From an uncultured Gammaproteobacteria bacterium (GTDB lineage: Bacteria > Patescibacteriota > Patescibacteriia > UBA9934): a DNA stretch of 64,000 nt. The notes under the pieces were generated by a model that was given only the letters and a program-made list of their open reading frames with translations, was not told where the DNA came from and searched no databases. A program made the position numbers and the translations under genes. Below are positions 9,996 to 19,086 of this stretch, in pieces. Every line of letters begins with the position of its first letter. Within the stretch, counting starts at the first letter, position 1. The stretch is from assembly GCA_964552565.1 (NCBI GenBank), contig CAZKGL010000001.1, forward strand, positions 499,061 to 563,060, given 5' to 3'.

Positions 9996-10559
9996 TTACC
10001 GTTTGGCCTTCAGCTGGTCAATAACCTCAAGAACGCGGGGTTTTGCCTGGCACCATGCGGCGACGGATTGCCCATCGGTGATTTCTCCCGCGTGGATCAT
10101 CCGGTCGACGTCATCGGGCGTCAGCAGCAGATGCTCGAACTCTTCCAGTTCATCCTGCTCCGATTCGATCGCCTGGAGGCCCCACGCAACGAAGATGTCC
10201 ATGGTCTCATTCACGATCCCGTTGCATGACGCGTGCTGGCCGACATGCTCAATATGGTCTGCGTGCATCTTCGCCTCTTCGGCAAATTCGCGGATCGCGG
10301 CGGGAAGCGGGTCTTGCCCTCCGCGCCCGCCCATTGGGAGCTCAATGCTCTCACGGGCAAAAAGCGGTCGGTATTGCTTTACCCACGGAATGGTTCCTTC
10401 AGCGGTGATCCCGATGACGCACGCACCACCAAGGCAATCACAAAAAAAGTAGTCGTGCTCCTTTCCCTTCGGTCCGATAAACCGCGCCTTGCAGTACTTC
10501 CAATACGGATTCTCGTGCAAAACCTCGACGGCAAGTTTTTTCCAGGGGGTCAGCGCCAT
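9996..10559 (-). CDS. NUDIX hydrolase (ADP-ribose pyrophosphatase-like)
   Basis: KQYRP, ELPMG and AAIREFAEEA Nudix box. Confidence 0.88.
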   Translation of the reverse strand: MALTPWKKLAVEVLHENPYWKYCKARFIGPKGKEHDYFFCDCLGGACVIGITAEGTIPWVKQYRPLFARESIELPMGGRGGQDPLPAAIREFAEEAKMHADHIEHVGQHASCNGIVNETMDIFVAWGLQAIESEQDELEEFEHLLLTPDDVDRMIHAGEITDGQSVAAWCQAKPRVLEVIDQLKAKR

Positions 10560-10560
10560 A

Positions 10561-10962
10561 CTACATGGCCGCACGAATCTTGTCGGCGACGGCCTTCAGC
10601 TCGTCTTGCGACGGGTGCGTCTTCACAAACGTGCGCTCCACGCCGTCCTTGCGCGGCATGATGTGCACATGGGTATGCATGACGTCCTGCCCGGCGGAAA
10701 GGCCGTGGTTCATGCCGAGGTTGTAGCCGCTGGCGCCAAGGCCGCGCATGATTGCCGGCGCGATCGCGTGCACGGTCGCCATGACCGCCACGGCGTCCTC
10801 GCGCGTCCCTTCGTTCAGGTTCGTCGCATGCGCCTTCGGCACGACAAGCGTATGGCCCTCGCTCACCGGGCCGATGTCGAGGAACGCGAAGGTCTTCTCG
10901 TCCTCGTACATCTTGTGGCACGGGATCTCGCCCGCGATGATCTTACAAAAGAGACAGTCCAT
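10561..10962 (-). CDS. HIT family protein
   Basis: CLFCKI start, GHTLVVPK, HTHVHIMPR histidine triad. Confidence 0.95.
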   Translation of the reverse strand: MDCLFCKIIAGEIPCHKMYEDEKTFAFLDIGPVSEGHTLVVPKAHATNLNEGTREDAVAVMATVHAIAPAIMRGLGASGYNLGMNHGLSAGQDVMHTHVHIMPRKDGVERTFVKTHPSQDELKAVADKIRAAM

Positions 10963-10973
10963 AGTACGGCTAT

Positions 10974-11330
10974 CTAACGTGAGGATTCGTGTTCTGACAA
11001 GGCCTTCCGGGCGCACCAGGGCAACACGAGGCCGGCAAGCGCAAGCGGAAGGCGCAGGTCGCCGAACGGCTCCCCCTCGCGCCACAGCACGACGGCGAGG
11101 ACGATGCCGAGCGTGATCGCCAGGAGTGTGCCGAGGAAGGTGGACGACGGACGGTGGATGGTGGGATGGCTCCCCATCCACCCGATGGCGGCGACGAACG
11201 CAACGAGGGCGAGGAGATGCACCGAGAAGACGTTACTCACGAACCCCGGCGCGGCGTACTCGATGACGCCGAACACGCAATACGCGAGAAGCGCGGTGAA
11301 GAAGAGGGTTTTCCAAAGCCGGGTATGCAT
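10974..11330 (-). CDS. Hypothetical 4-TM membrane protein
   Basis: Four hydrophobic segments; tight operon spacing. Confidence 0.7.
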   Translation of the reverse strand: MHTRLWKTLFFTALLAYCVFGVIEYAAPGFVSNVFSVHLLALVAFVAAIGWMGSHPTIHRPSSTFLGTLLAITLGIVLAVVLWREGEPFGDLRLPLALAGLVLPWCARKALSEHESSR

Positions 11331-11331
11331 A

Positions 11332-12804
11332 CTACCAAGGAGTCAGCGCGTGCCACATGCCGGCGGCGGCGCGGCGGAACGTCAACGGATCGCGGTGGAA
11401 GCGCAGCGTGATGTTCCGGATATCGACCTCCGCCCCATCGACCGCGATATCCGGCGCGGAGAGGATGAACGTGACGGCGCCGTCTTGCGCGGCCATGCTC
11501 GGGACGGCAAAGGTCGCGGTCGCGCGCCGCCAGCGCGCGTCAACCGCTTCCGGCGCTGCGTACTCCGCAAGGATGAAATCGATGCCGAGCGCGGCGAGGT
11601 CCGTGTGCACGGTGAGCCGCGCGGGATACGGGTTGAAAAACGCGGACTGCGCAAACGCGAAGAGGCCTTCGCCGGTAATCTTGATGTCGCCGACGGGGAC
11701 GGAACCGGATATGACGCCGGTATCGAGGATGCTCTGTTGGATCTTTTCATGGCTCGCCGGCAACGGGACGGTAAGGCGCCCGATCCGCACCTCCTGGGGC
11801 GAATCCGCATGGAACGTCTCGAACGTGAAGTGTTTCGCATCCGTGAAGAACGTCGTCCCGCGCGGCGCGGCAAGGTAGCCGACGTCGTCGCCGATATAGA
11901 TACGGTTCATGAACGTCGCATAGCGCTGGGTCGTCGCGATGCTGCGCCAAAAAATGTCGCTCGTCCCGGACAGCTCGATGGTGTACACGCCTTCGTCAAA
12001 GCCTTCCCCGCGGACCGCAACCGTCGTCAACGGACGAGAGACCTGGTTTTCGGTGCTGTTGCCGTCGTCGGAGAACCGCTCCTCCGCCACGACCTCCCCG
12101 TCTTCGTTCCAGACACGGATGACGCCTTCGTCCGGCCCGTACGTGCGGTTCATGTCCATGAACGCGAACGTGAACGAGAGCGCTTCGTCCTTGATGTACG
12201 TGACGATCTTGTGATAGCCGCGCAACGACACGTCGAACGTCTGCGTGCCGCCGAGCGGAGCGTAGTCGGGGTCGCGGTACGGCGCGTCGAGATCGGCGTG
12301 GTACGTCGCGATGCGGCTGCGCGCCGGGGGGTCGGCAAGAAAGTCATCGATGGAGGCGTACTCGTCCGCGCGCTGGAGGAGGACAAGCCCGTCGGACGCG
12401 AGGCGGCCCCACGCGCTCTCGTCGATGATGCGGTTCTCCACCGGCGCGAGGTCGTAGCTCTGCGCGTAGATGTCCGTCAGCGCGCCGAGTTCCAGGATGT
12501 CCTGGCCGCGGTTTGCGTACTCAAGCGTCACGTCGACGGACGTGAAGTCGTCGTCCGGAAGGTTGACGGAAAAATACGCGGGGTCGGCGACAAGCGTCAC
12601 GAACCCTCCCTCGTCGCTCTCTGGCGCCCGCTCCTGCGGCAAGATGCGGTTGATGTACGGCGATCGCTCCAGCGTCCCCGCGGAAACGGAGAACACCCCG
12701 CTCGGCGCAAGGTGGTACAGCCCGAGCACCAAGAGCACCACGAACGGCGTGGCGATGATGGCGGCATGGAGGATGCATTCACCAAGCGAGATGTGGAGTG
12801 CCAT
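11332..12804 (-). CDS. Hypothetical membrane-anchored extracellular protein
   Basis: N-terminal TM followed by a long acidic beta-rich region; operon spacing 1-2 nt. Confidence 0.75.
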   Translation of the reverse strand: MALHISLGECILHAAIIATPFVVLLVLGLYHLAPSGVFSVSAGTLERSPYINRILPQERAPESDEGGFVTLVADPAYFSVNLPDDDFTSVDVTLEYANRGQDILELGALTDIYAQSYDLAPVENRIIDESAWGRLASDGLVLLQRADEYASIDDFLADPPARSRIATYHADLDAPYRDPDYAPLGGTQTFDVSLRGYHKIVTYIKDEALSFTFAFMDMNRTYGPDEGVIRVWNEDGEVVAEERFSDDGNSTENQVSRPLTTVAVRGEGFDEGVYTIELSGTSDIFWRSIATTQRYATFMNRIYIGDDVGYLAAPRGTTFFTDAKHFTFETFHADSPQEVRIGRLTVPLPASHEKIQQSILDTGVISGSVPVGDIKITGEGLFAFAQSAFFNPYPARLTVHTDLAALGIDFILAEYAAPEAVDARWRRATATFAVPSMAAQDGAVTFILSAPDIAVDGAEVDIRNITLRFHRDPLTFRRAAAGMWHALTPW

Positions 12805-12806
12805 AC

Positions 12807-14411
12807 TTACTCAACGGGCGTCATACGATAGAGGGCTTCGTCACCGACCGACGTCACGAAGTCGATGCGCAACCCGAGGCTGGCAAGCTTGTCGTTGTTC
12901 AAATAGTACAGGTCGGACGGCGGGAACGGGATGCCGAAATAGTACAACGGCGCGAGCGATGCGGCCTCCGGAAGGATAGCGTAGTTCTCTTCGCTCCGGA
13001 GCGGCTGGATGACGTGCCGGTACGGCCACAGGAACTTGTCCGCGCGGTCGACGACGATGATGGCATCGGTCTCGGTCTGCGCAAGGACCGCCTCTCGCTT
13101 CGCCGCGCTTTCACTCAGGACGGTACGCGTGCGCAGGAGCCCGTCGTCGCCGCCAAACATCGCCACCGCCGACAGCATGACGATGGCCGCGGCCGTCGTC
13201 ACCTGCATCGGGACGGTGCGGGCGAACGCGCCGACCGCGCGCGCCGCAAAGATGGTCGAGAGGACGAAGAGCGGCAGCCAGTAGCGCACGTGCGAATCGC
13301 CGAGCGTCACTGCGGCCGGGTCCGGATTGTCGTTGAAGGACCAGCTGCCGTAGACGACGCCGAGCCACGCGGCCAGCGCAAGCGTCAACACGGCGAGCAT
13401 GCGGAAATGCCCCTTCTTGTCCCGAAGGCTCATGACGATGCCCGCTGCGGCTAGGGCGGTCACCCACGGGTACAGCGACATGCCGAAATTCCACACGTTT
13501 TTCAGTATCGCCATCTCATGGATGCCGAAGGGGAACAGCATCGCGATGGCTTCCTCGGCCATCGAGGTTGGGGGGACCTCGGCGAGCGCGACGTGTCCGT
13601 CGCCCGGCGCCGCGCCGCCCGTGTCTTCGACGGTGTAGCCGTTCACGAACGGGCTGCCGTACAGGTCGGCGTTGACGGCGGCGTTGACCGCGAGCGGGAT
13701 GCAGGCAAAAAGGACAAGCGCGATCCACGGCGCAAGCCCCTTCACCTTCGCCCGGAACCGCCATGCAACACACACGACGGCCGCGCCGATCCACAGGACT
13801 TCTGACGTACGGAAGATGAGCGCGAGGCCGAGGAACAGCCCGGCGAGGGCAAGCTCGACCACGTGCGGCCGTGCGCCGCGGACATGGCGCGACAACGGCT
13901 GCGCGCATGCGGCCCATGCGGCAAGCATGAGGAACGCGACGAACCCGACGTTATGCATCATGGGCCGCGCGGCGTAGTACCACACCGCAGGATGCACGGC
14001 GGCAAGCACGGCCGCGAGAGAGGCGAACCGCGCGCTCCCCGTCATGCGCCGCATGAGGTCCCACCATGCCACAAGTGCCGCAACAAGGAGGAGCGGCGTG
14101 AGGTACTGCATGCCGGCATCGCCGACGATGCGGCCGAACATCCCGGCAAGCAACGGGAGCCCGAGAAAACTTCCCGGCACAATGTATGGCCCGACTGCGA
14201 CCGCGCTGCGCGGGTGGACGAGGCCGTCGAGCGCCTGCGTCACGCCGTCCGGGACGGCAAACGTCCCGTACGCGCGGAAACTCCGGGCAAACACGAAGTT
14301 TGCGTTTTCGTCCGGCGAGGGAAACGAAAACGGCACGCCGAACGACAGCCAAAGCAACGATACGCCATACAGCACGACGCCGAGGATCAGGAACACGTGG
14401 GTCCGGCGCAT
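12807..14411 (-). CDS. Polytopic membrane protein, probable GT-C glycosyltransferase
   Basis: SPDE acidic motif after TM1, many TMs, RYWLP motif; start placed at MRRTHV. Confidence 0.7.
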   Translation of the reverse strand: MRRTHVFLILGVVLYGVSLLWLSFGVPFSFPSPDENANFVFARSFRAYGTFAVPDGVTQALDGLVHPRSAVAVGPYIVPGSFLGLPLLAGMFGRIVGDAGMQYLTPLLLVAALVAWWDLMRRMTGSARFASLAAVLAAVHPAVWYYAARPMMHNVGFVAFLMLAAWAACAQPLSRHVRGARPHVVELALAGLFLGLALIFRTSEVLWIGAAVVCVAWRFRAKVKGLAPWIALVLFACIPLAVNAAVNADLYGSPFVNGYTVEDTGGAAPGDGHVALAEVPPTSMAEEAIAMLFPFGIHEMAILKNVWNFGMSLYPWVTALAAAGIVMSLRDKKGHFRMLAVLTLALAAWLGVVYGSWSFNDNPDPAAVTLGDSHVRYWLPLFVLSTIFAARAVGAFARTVPMQVTTAAAIVMLSAVAMFGGDDGLLRTRTVLSESAAKREAVLAQTETDAIIVVDRADKFLWPYRHVIQPLRSEENYAILPEAASLAPLYYFGIPFPPSDLYYLNNDKLASLGLRIDFVTSVGDEALYRMTPVE

Positions 14412-14413
14412 AC

Positions 14414-14992
14414 TCAGAGCGAGTACGTGATGGCGGCGACCGCACCGAACATCGTCGCAACGACGAGAACGATTTCTGCGACGGTCACCAGTCCAGAGAT
14501 CTGGAACATGATGCCAAGGAGGAGCAGCGTCATCGAACAGAACTGGAGCAGCATTTTCGTCTTCCCCCACCCATTCGCCATCATGATTGCGCGGTCCCTC
14601 TTCGCGCGGGCAAGCCATGACGCCATCGGCAGGAGGTCGAACAGCACGGCAGCCAACACGACGACCGGATGGAAGAATTTGAAGGCAAGCACGATAATGA
14701 CGAGCCCGATAAGGAGCTTGTCCGCGATCGGGTCGAACAGGATGCCCCACGGCGTGATTTGTTTGCGGACGCGCGCAAGCGACCCGTCGACCGCGTCCGT
14801 GAATGCGGTCAAAATGAAGAGCGGGACGCCGTACAGCAAGTTCCCCGTCGCGAGCAAATACACCACGACCGGCGTCAGCGCCATGCGCAACACCGTCACA
14901 TGGTTGGGCTTCACGCTTTCGGGGATGAACGGCAGCACGACGGCCCGCATGAGGTAGTCGTGCGGAAACAGCTTTGAGGGATCGCGTCCCAT
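14414..14992 (-). CDS. pgsA: CDP-alcohol phosphatidyltransferase
   Basis: PNHVTVLR, DAVDGSLAR...G...DPIADK signature. Confidence 0.9.
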   Translation of the reverse strand: MGRDPSKLFPHDYLMRAVVLPFIPESVKPNHVTVLRMALTPVVVYLLATGNLLYGVPLFILTAFTDAVDGSLARVRKQITPWGILFDPIADKLLIGLVIIVLAFKFFHPVVVLAAVLFDLLPMASWLARAKRDRAIMMANGWGKTKMLLQFCSMTLLLLGIMFQISGLVTVAEIVLVVATMFGAVAAITYSL

Positions 14993-15015
14993 AGTGCTAT
15001 CATCATAGCAGATTT

Positions 15016-16965
15016 ATGGAGAAACTCCCGCTCCGCGCCTTTCTCTTCGTCGGCCTTGTCGCAATCCTTGGCAGCCTCTTGTATTACGCGCTTCCCGTCA
15101 CGCGGTTCGGGATCGCTGTGGTCATTGCGCTCGCAGCCGTCGGCGCGTGGATGACGCCGGGTGACGCCGAGGGAGGCCCCCGATGGGCGCGCAGGGAGCG
15201 ACAGCGACTCGAGCACCCAGCGGGGTCCGAGGCGGCAGGACCCGGCGTACGCCTTGGCCGGGCTTCATACGCCCTCGCCGTCATCGTCGTCCTCGCGCTC
15301 GCCGCATGGTGGAGCGCCATCACCCCGCATGCGATCACCGAGGCGGTGCGCTCCCCGTGGGGCATCGTGCCGCCGTTCGCCGTGGCAGCGCTTGGCGTCG
15401 CATTCTTTGCATTGCTTGTGCTCCTGACGAACCCGCCGACGCGGCTTGCCATCACGCTCTGCGCGGCGACGCTGTTCTCCGCGCTCGCGATGGCCGCGGT
15501 CGTGTACCCGCTTGGCCTTGGCTTCGACCCGTTCCTCCACCGCGCCACCATGGCACACATCGCGGAGTTTGGCACGATCACCCCCAAACCCTTGTACTAC
15601 ATCGGCGAGTACGCGCTTGCGCTTGCGCCGCACCTCCTTCTTGGCGTCCCGCTTGCGCTCATTGACCGCCTGCTCCTTCCCCTCATGGCCGCGGTCATGC
15701 TGACAGGGAGCGCGGTCATGGGCCTTGCGCCACTTGCGCACCGGAAGAGCGCCATTGCGGTCGCCGCACTGCTGTTCCTCCCGCTTGGCGCATTCATCAC
15801 GACGACGCCGCAAGGCATTGCGTACGTCCTCGCCGCGAGCGCGGTGTTACTCTCGTTTGCAGCCATCAATCGTGTCGTCCCGTTCGTCCTCGCCGTCGCC
15901 GCGCTCCTCACACATCCGTTCGCCGGCATCCCGGTCGTCCTGTACGTCGTCGCGTCCGCGGTCGTCGCCCGCGCGGCGTCCCCCGCGCTCCGCACTGCTG
16001 CGCTCGTGGCAACCCTTATCGCGGGCGTCGTCGCCATCCCGGCGGTCTTCGCGCTGCAAGCGGCGCGCAGCGGCCTGTCGCTCTCCTTCCATCCTGGAAA
16101 CCTCTTCGACATCTCACGCTGGCAAGAACTGGCGCTCGGCGGATTCTTCGCGAACCACTTCTCGTTCGCATACGACGCCCTCTACCTCGCGCTCGACAAC
16201 CTGCTGTGGTTCACGATCGCCGCCGCGGTCGTCGGCTCCCTCGCGCTTCGCCATGACGCGCAGCGCCGCGCCAACGCCGCGCTGCCCGCCATCCTCGCGG
16301 TCGCGATGGCGAGCAACTTCATCGCGCTCTCCATCCTGTTCGACTTCGACTTCCTCATTTCCTACGAACGCAGCGACTATGCGCTCCGCTCGCTCATGAT
16401 GACGCACATCTTCCTCCTGCCGCTTGCGGGCGCCGGCATCGCGTCGGTTGCACACCGCTTGCGGGAAAAGCCGCTCGTGCTGCGCGGCGCGTTCCTTGCC
16501 GCGCTCGCCGTCATCGGCATGGGCAACGTCTACGGCGCATATCCGCGCCACGACAACTATGCGCGGAGCGCGGGGTTCAATGTGAGCAAGGCGGATTTTG
16601 ACGCGGTAGACGCTATCGACGACAAAGCGGAAGGCGAGGACTATATCGTGCTTTCCAACCAGGCCACTGCCGCAGCCGCGGTCGAGGCATACGGCTTCAA
16701 GAAGTACTACCACGGCGACATCTTTTACTACCCCATCCCGACGGGCGGCGTCATGTACCAGCACTTCCTGACCATGGTCGACGAAGGCCCGACGCGCGAG
16801 ACGATGGACGCGGCGATGGACGTCGCGGGCGTCAACCTCGGGTTCTTTGCGGTGAGCGACTACTGGTGGCAGTCCGAACAGCTTATTGAAAACGCGAAAC
16901 GCATCGCGGACGACTGGTTCTCCGTCGGCGACGGGAGCGTGACCGTCTTCATCTTCCGGCAGTAA
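15016..16965 (+). CDS. Large polytopic membrane protein, possible GT-C fold
   Basis: More than 12 TMs, GFDPFLH loop motif, soluble C-terminal domain; contains an in-frame repeat copy. Confidence 0.75.
   Translation: MEKLPLRAFLFVGLVAILGSLLYYALPVTRFGIAVVIALAAVGAWMTPGDAEGGPRWARRERQRLEHPAGSEAAGPGVRLGRASYALAVIVVLALAAWWSAITPHAITEAVRSPWGIVPPFAVAALGVAFFALLVLLTNPPTRLAITLCAATLFSALAMAAVVYPLGLGFDPFLHRATMAHIAEFGTITPKPLYYIGEYALALAPHLLLGVPLALIDRLLLPLMAAVMLTGSAVMGLAPLAHRKSAIAVAALLFLPLGAFITTTPQGIAYVLAASAVLLSFAAINRVVPFVLAVAALLTHPFAGIPVVLYVVASAVVARAASPALRTAALVATLIAGVVAIPAVFALQAARSGLSLSFHPGNLFDISRWQELALGGFFANHFSFAYDALYLALDNLLWFTIAAAVVGSLALRHDAQRRANAALPAILAVAMASNFIALSILFDFDFLISYERSDYALRSLMMTHIFLLPLAGAGIASVAHRLREKPLVLRGAFLAALAVIGMGNVYGAYPRHDNYARSAGFNVSKADFDAVDAIDDKAEGEDYIVLSNQATAAAAVEAYGFKKYYHGDIFYYPIPTGGVMYQHFLTMVDEGPTRETMDAAMDVAGVNLGFFAVSDYWWQSEQLIENAKRIADDWFSVGDGSVTVFIFRQ
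15154..15248 (+). repeat. 95-bp copy of structured repeat family 1, inside a CDS
   Basis: ACGCCGGGTGACGCCGAG...TGGGCGCGCAG...TCGAGCACCCA...GGCGGCAGGACCCGGCGT, colinear with 41333-41427. Confidence 0.85.
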
Positions 16966-16966
16966 T

Positions 16967-17650
16967 ATGCGCCCGACGCGTGCATTCTGGTTCGGTATCG
17001 TCCCCGCACTGTTTCTCCAAGGCATCGGCGCGTATGCGTACTTTGTCCTGCTTGCTGACTCGCCCGCCGCGAGCCCGCTGTACGGTGCGGTGAAAATCCT
17101 CCTCGTCATCTGGCCGATTGTTTGGCTGAAGCTCGGCGCGCCGCTCCCGCGCTTCCGTCTTCCGTTCGACCGCCGCTCGATCGCGTACGGCCTCACTGCC
17201 GGACTCACGATGGCCGGCGCCATCGGTCTCTCCGCATGGTTCCAGTTTGATAATCTCGTACCGTTTGGGAATGCATTTTCAACAAAGGCCGACGACCTCT
17301 TTCCGCTGGCGTACTTTGTTCCTGTCGCGGTCGTCTTCAGCCTCGGCCACTCGTTATTCGAAGAGTATTTCTGGCGTTGGTTCGTGTTTGGAGGGCTTCG
17401 GACGCGAATGCCGGATGTCGCCGCGGCGTTCATCGGCAGCCTCGGGTTTACCATCCACCACATCGTCATTCTCAGCCAATTCTTCCCCGCCCCGCTCACC
17501 CTCCTGACGAGCGCGGGCGTATGTGTGGGCGGCCTCATCTGGTGTCATGCCTATCGCGCGACTGCAAGCCTGAGCGCCGGCTGGATAAGCCACGCACTCG
17601 TCGATGCGGCGATTTTCGGGGTCGGTTACGCAGTAATTTTTGCCAAATAG
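16967..17650 (+). CDS. CPBP (CAAX/Abi) intramembrane metalloprotease
   Basis: EEYFWR, FTIHH and HALVD motifs. Confidence 0.9.
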   Translation: MRPTRAFWFGIVPALFLQGIGAYAYFVLLADSPAASPLYGAVKILLVIWPIVWLKLGAPLPRFRLPFDRRSIAYGLTAGLTMAGAIGLSAWFQFDNLVPFGNAFSTKADDLFPLAYFVPVAVVFSLGHSLFEEYFWRWFVFGGLRTRMPDVAAAFIGSLGFTIHHIVILSQFFPAPLTLLTSAGVCVGGLIWCHAYRATASLSAGWISHALVDAAIFGVGYAVIFAK

Positions 17651-17653
17651 TAT

Positions 17654-17685
17654 TTGGAAGCTGAGCTTCGAAGCTCAGCTTCCAA
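17654..17685. repeat. Perfect 32-bp palindrome (REP-like), upstream of the RAYT
   Basis: TTGGAAGCTGAGCTTCGAAGCTCAGCTTCCAA equals its own reverse complement. Confidence 0.9.
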
Positions 17686-17799
17686 GTTGTGGATACTTTT
17701 CTGAGATCGCTTGACGGGGGTCTTTGCATTTGAAAAACTGAAACTATCACTCCCCTCGCTCAAGGCGCGGGGCGTTTTATTTCGCGCGTGACTGAGAAT

Positions 17800-18555
17800 A
17801 TGCGAAATGAACAGTTCACCATCGGCGGGTATTACCATATTTATAACCGCGGTGTAGACAAGAGGGATGTTTTTTGCGATCCAGATGATTATGAACGATT
17901 CGTTCGCTCGTTCATCTATCTCAATACGATGCCAACGCATGCATTCCCGCCAATCGCGCAGCTTACAACTCGACCTAACAATCAAGGCCACATCCATGTT
18001 CGCATCATGGCCTACGCGCTCATGCCAAACCATTTTCACTTCCTTATCGAACAAATAGGGGAGTTCGGGGTGACTGAATTCATGCATCGGCTTGGAACGA
18101 GTTACACAAAATATTTTAATCGCCGCTACGACAGATCTGGAAGGTTGTTTGAAAGTGAGTACAAAGTGGTTCCGATACAATCAGATGCGCATCTCTACCA
18201 CATCTCGCGATACATCCATCTGAACCCCCTTTCACTCTCCCCCGCCTCGCACAAACTAAAACGCTGTGCTGAAGACTGGAAACGGGCCGAGGAATTTCTT
18301 CTGCGGTATCCCTGGTCGAGCTACCGCAGCTATGTCGATCGGTGCACCGATGAAGTCAATCCTGACATGATATGGGACATGTTCTGTGGATCGACTGACT
18401 ACCGAGCATACATGCGCGAATGGTATTTATCTCCACAGTTCGGAAGCTCAGCTTCGAAGCTGAGCTTCCGACCGGGCATGGGGCAATTTTTGCCAAATAA
18501 CCGCTACAACTTGCAAAGAAACGACTTTTCTGCCTATCCTATGGCACCGTCCTAG
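17800..18555 (+). mobile_element. REP-associated tyrosine transposase (RAYT, IS200-like Y1 HUH)
   Basis: YYHIYNRG, YALMPNHFHFL (HUH), YFNRRYDRSGRLF, YIHLNP, YPWSSY; lower GC; flanked by palindromes. Confidence 0.92.
18440..18471. repeat. Perfect 32-bp palindrome (REP-like) within the RAYT 3' end
   Basis: TCGGAAGCTCAGCTTCGAAGCTGAGCTTCCGA. Confidence 0.9.
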
Positions 18556-18565
18556 GAGGTTCGTC

Positions 18566-19033
18566 ATGGCTGAGGAGGTGGAGAAGTCCGACATGCCCGC
18601 CCGGCAGACCAAGGCCGCGCGGGGGGTGGTGCGGCGCTACGGCGCCTCAATGGTCCGGCTCTTCGGGAACCTGTTCCCGGAGGAGAAGGACATGCTCGTC
18701 GTTCCGACGTCGCTGCCCGACCGCGGCACGCGCGCGTACGACCTCATGGAGGACCACCGCGCGCTCGGCGCCTACATCGGGGACAAGCTCCGATCGGCGC
18801 TGCACCGCGGGGCCTTCCCGCAGGACTGCACCCGGCCCATGAACGACCGGGAGCGCATCGTCCGCGGCCTCCTTCTCGCGAGCCGCGCCCACGACGTCGC
18901 GTTCTGGTCCGACGTCGCGCTCAGCAACATGCGGGCGACGGGCCGGGTCTTCCACGAGATCCAGAACGCCGCCTGCAAGGGCTGCCCGGTCCGCACCTGC
19001 GAGCACTGGCGCGCCAAGTCGCGCGCCGCCTAG
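18566..19033 (+). CDS. Hypothetical protein (GC-rich, SD-led orphan) with C-terminal CxxCxxxxC
   Basis: AGGAGG RBS, GC-rich codons, hairpin at 19048-19080. Confidence 0.72.
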   Translation: MAEEVEKSDMPARQTKAARGVVRRYGASMVRLFGNLFPEEKDMLVVPTSLPDRGTRAYDLMEDHRALGAYIGDKLRSALHRGAFPQDCTRPMNDRERIVRGLLLASRAHDVAFWSDVALSNMRATGRVFHEIQNAACKGCPVRTCEHWRAKSRAA

Positions 19034-19086
19034 GGCTCGCCTCAAGAAAGCCCCCACCGCGCCGAGCGCGGAGGGGGCTTCTCATG

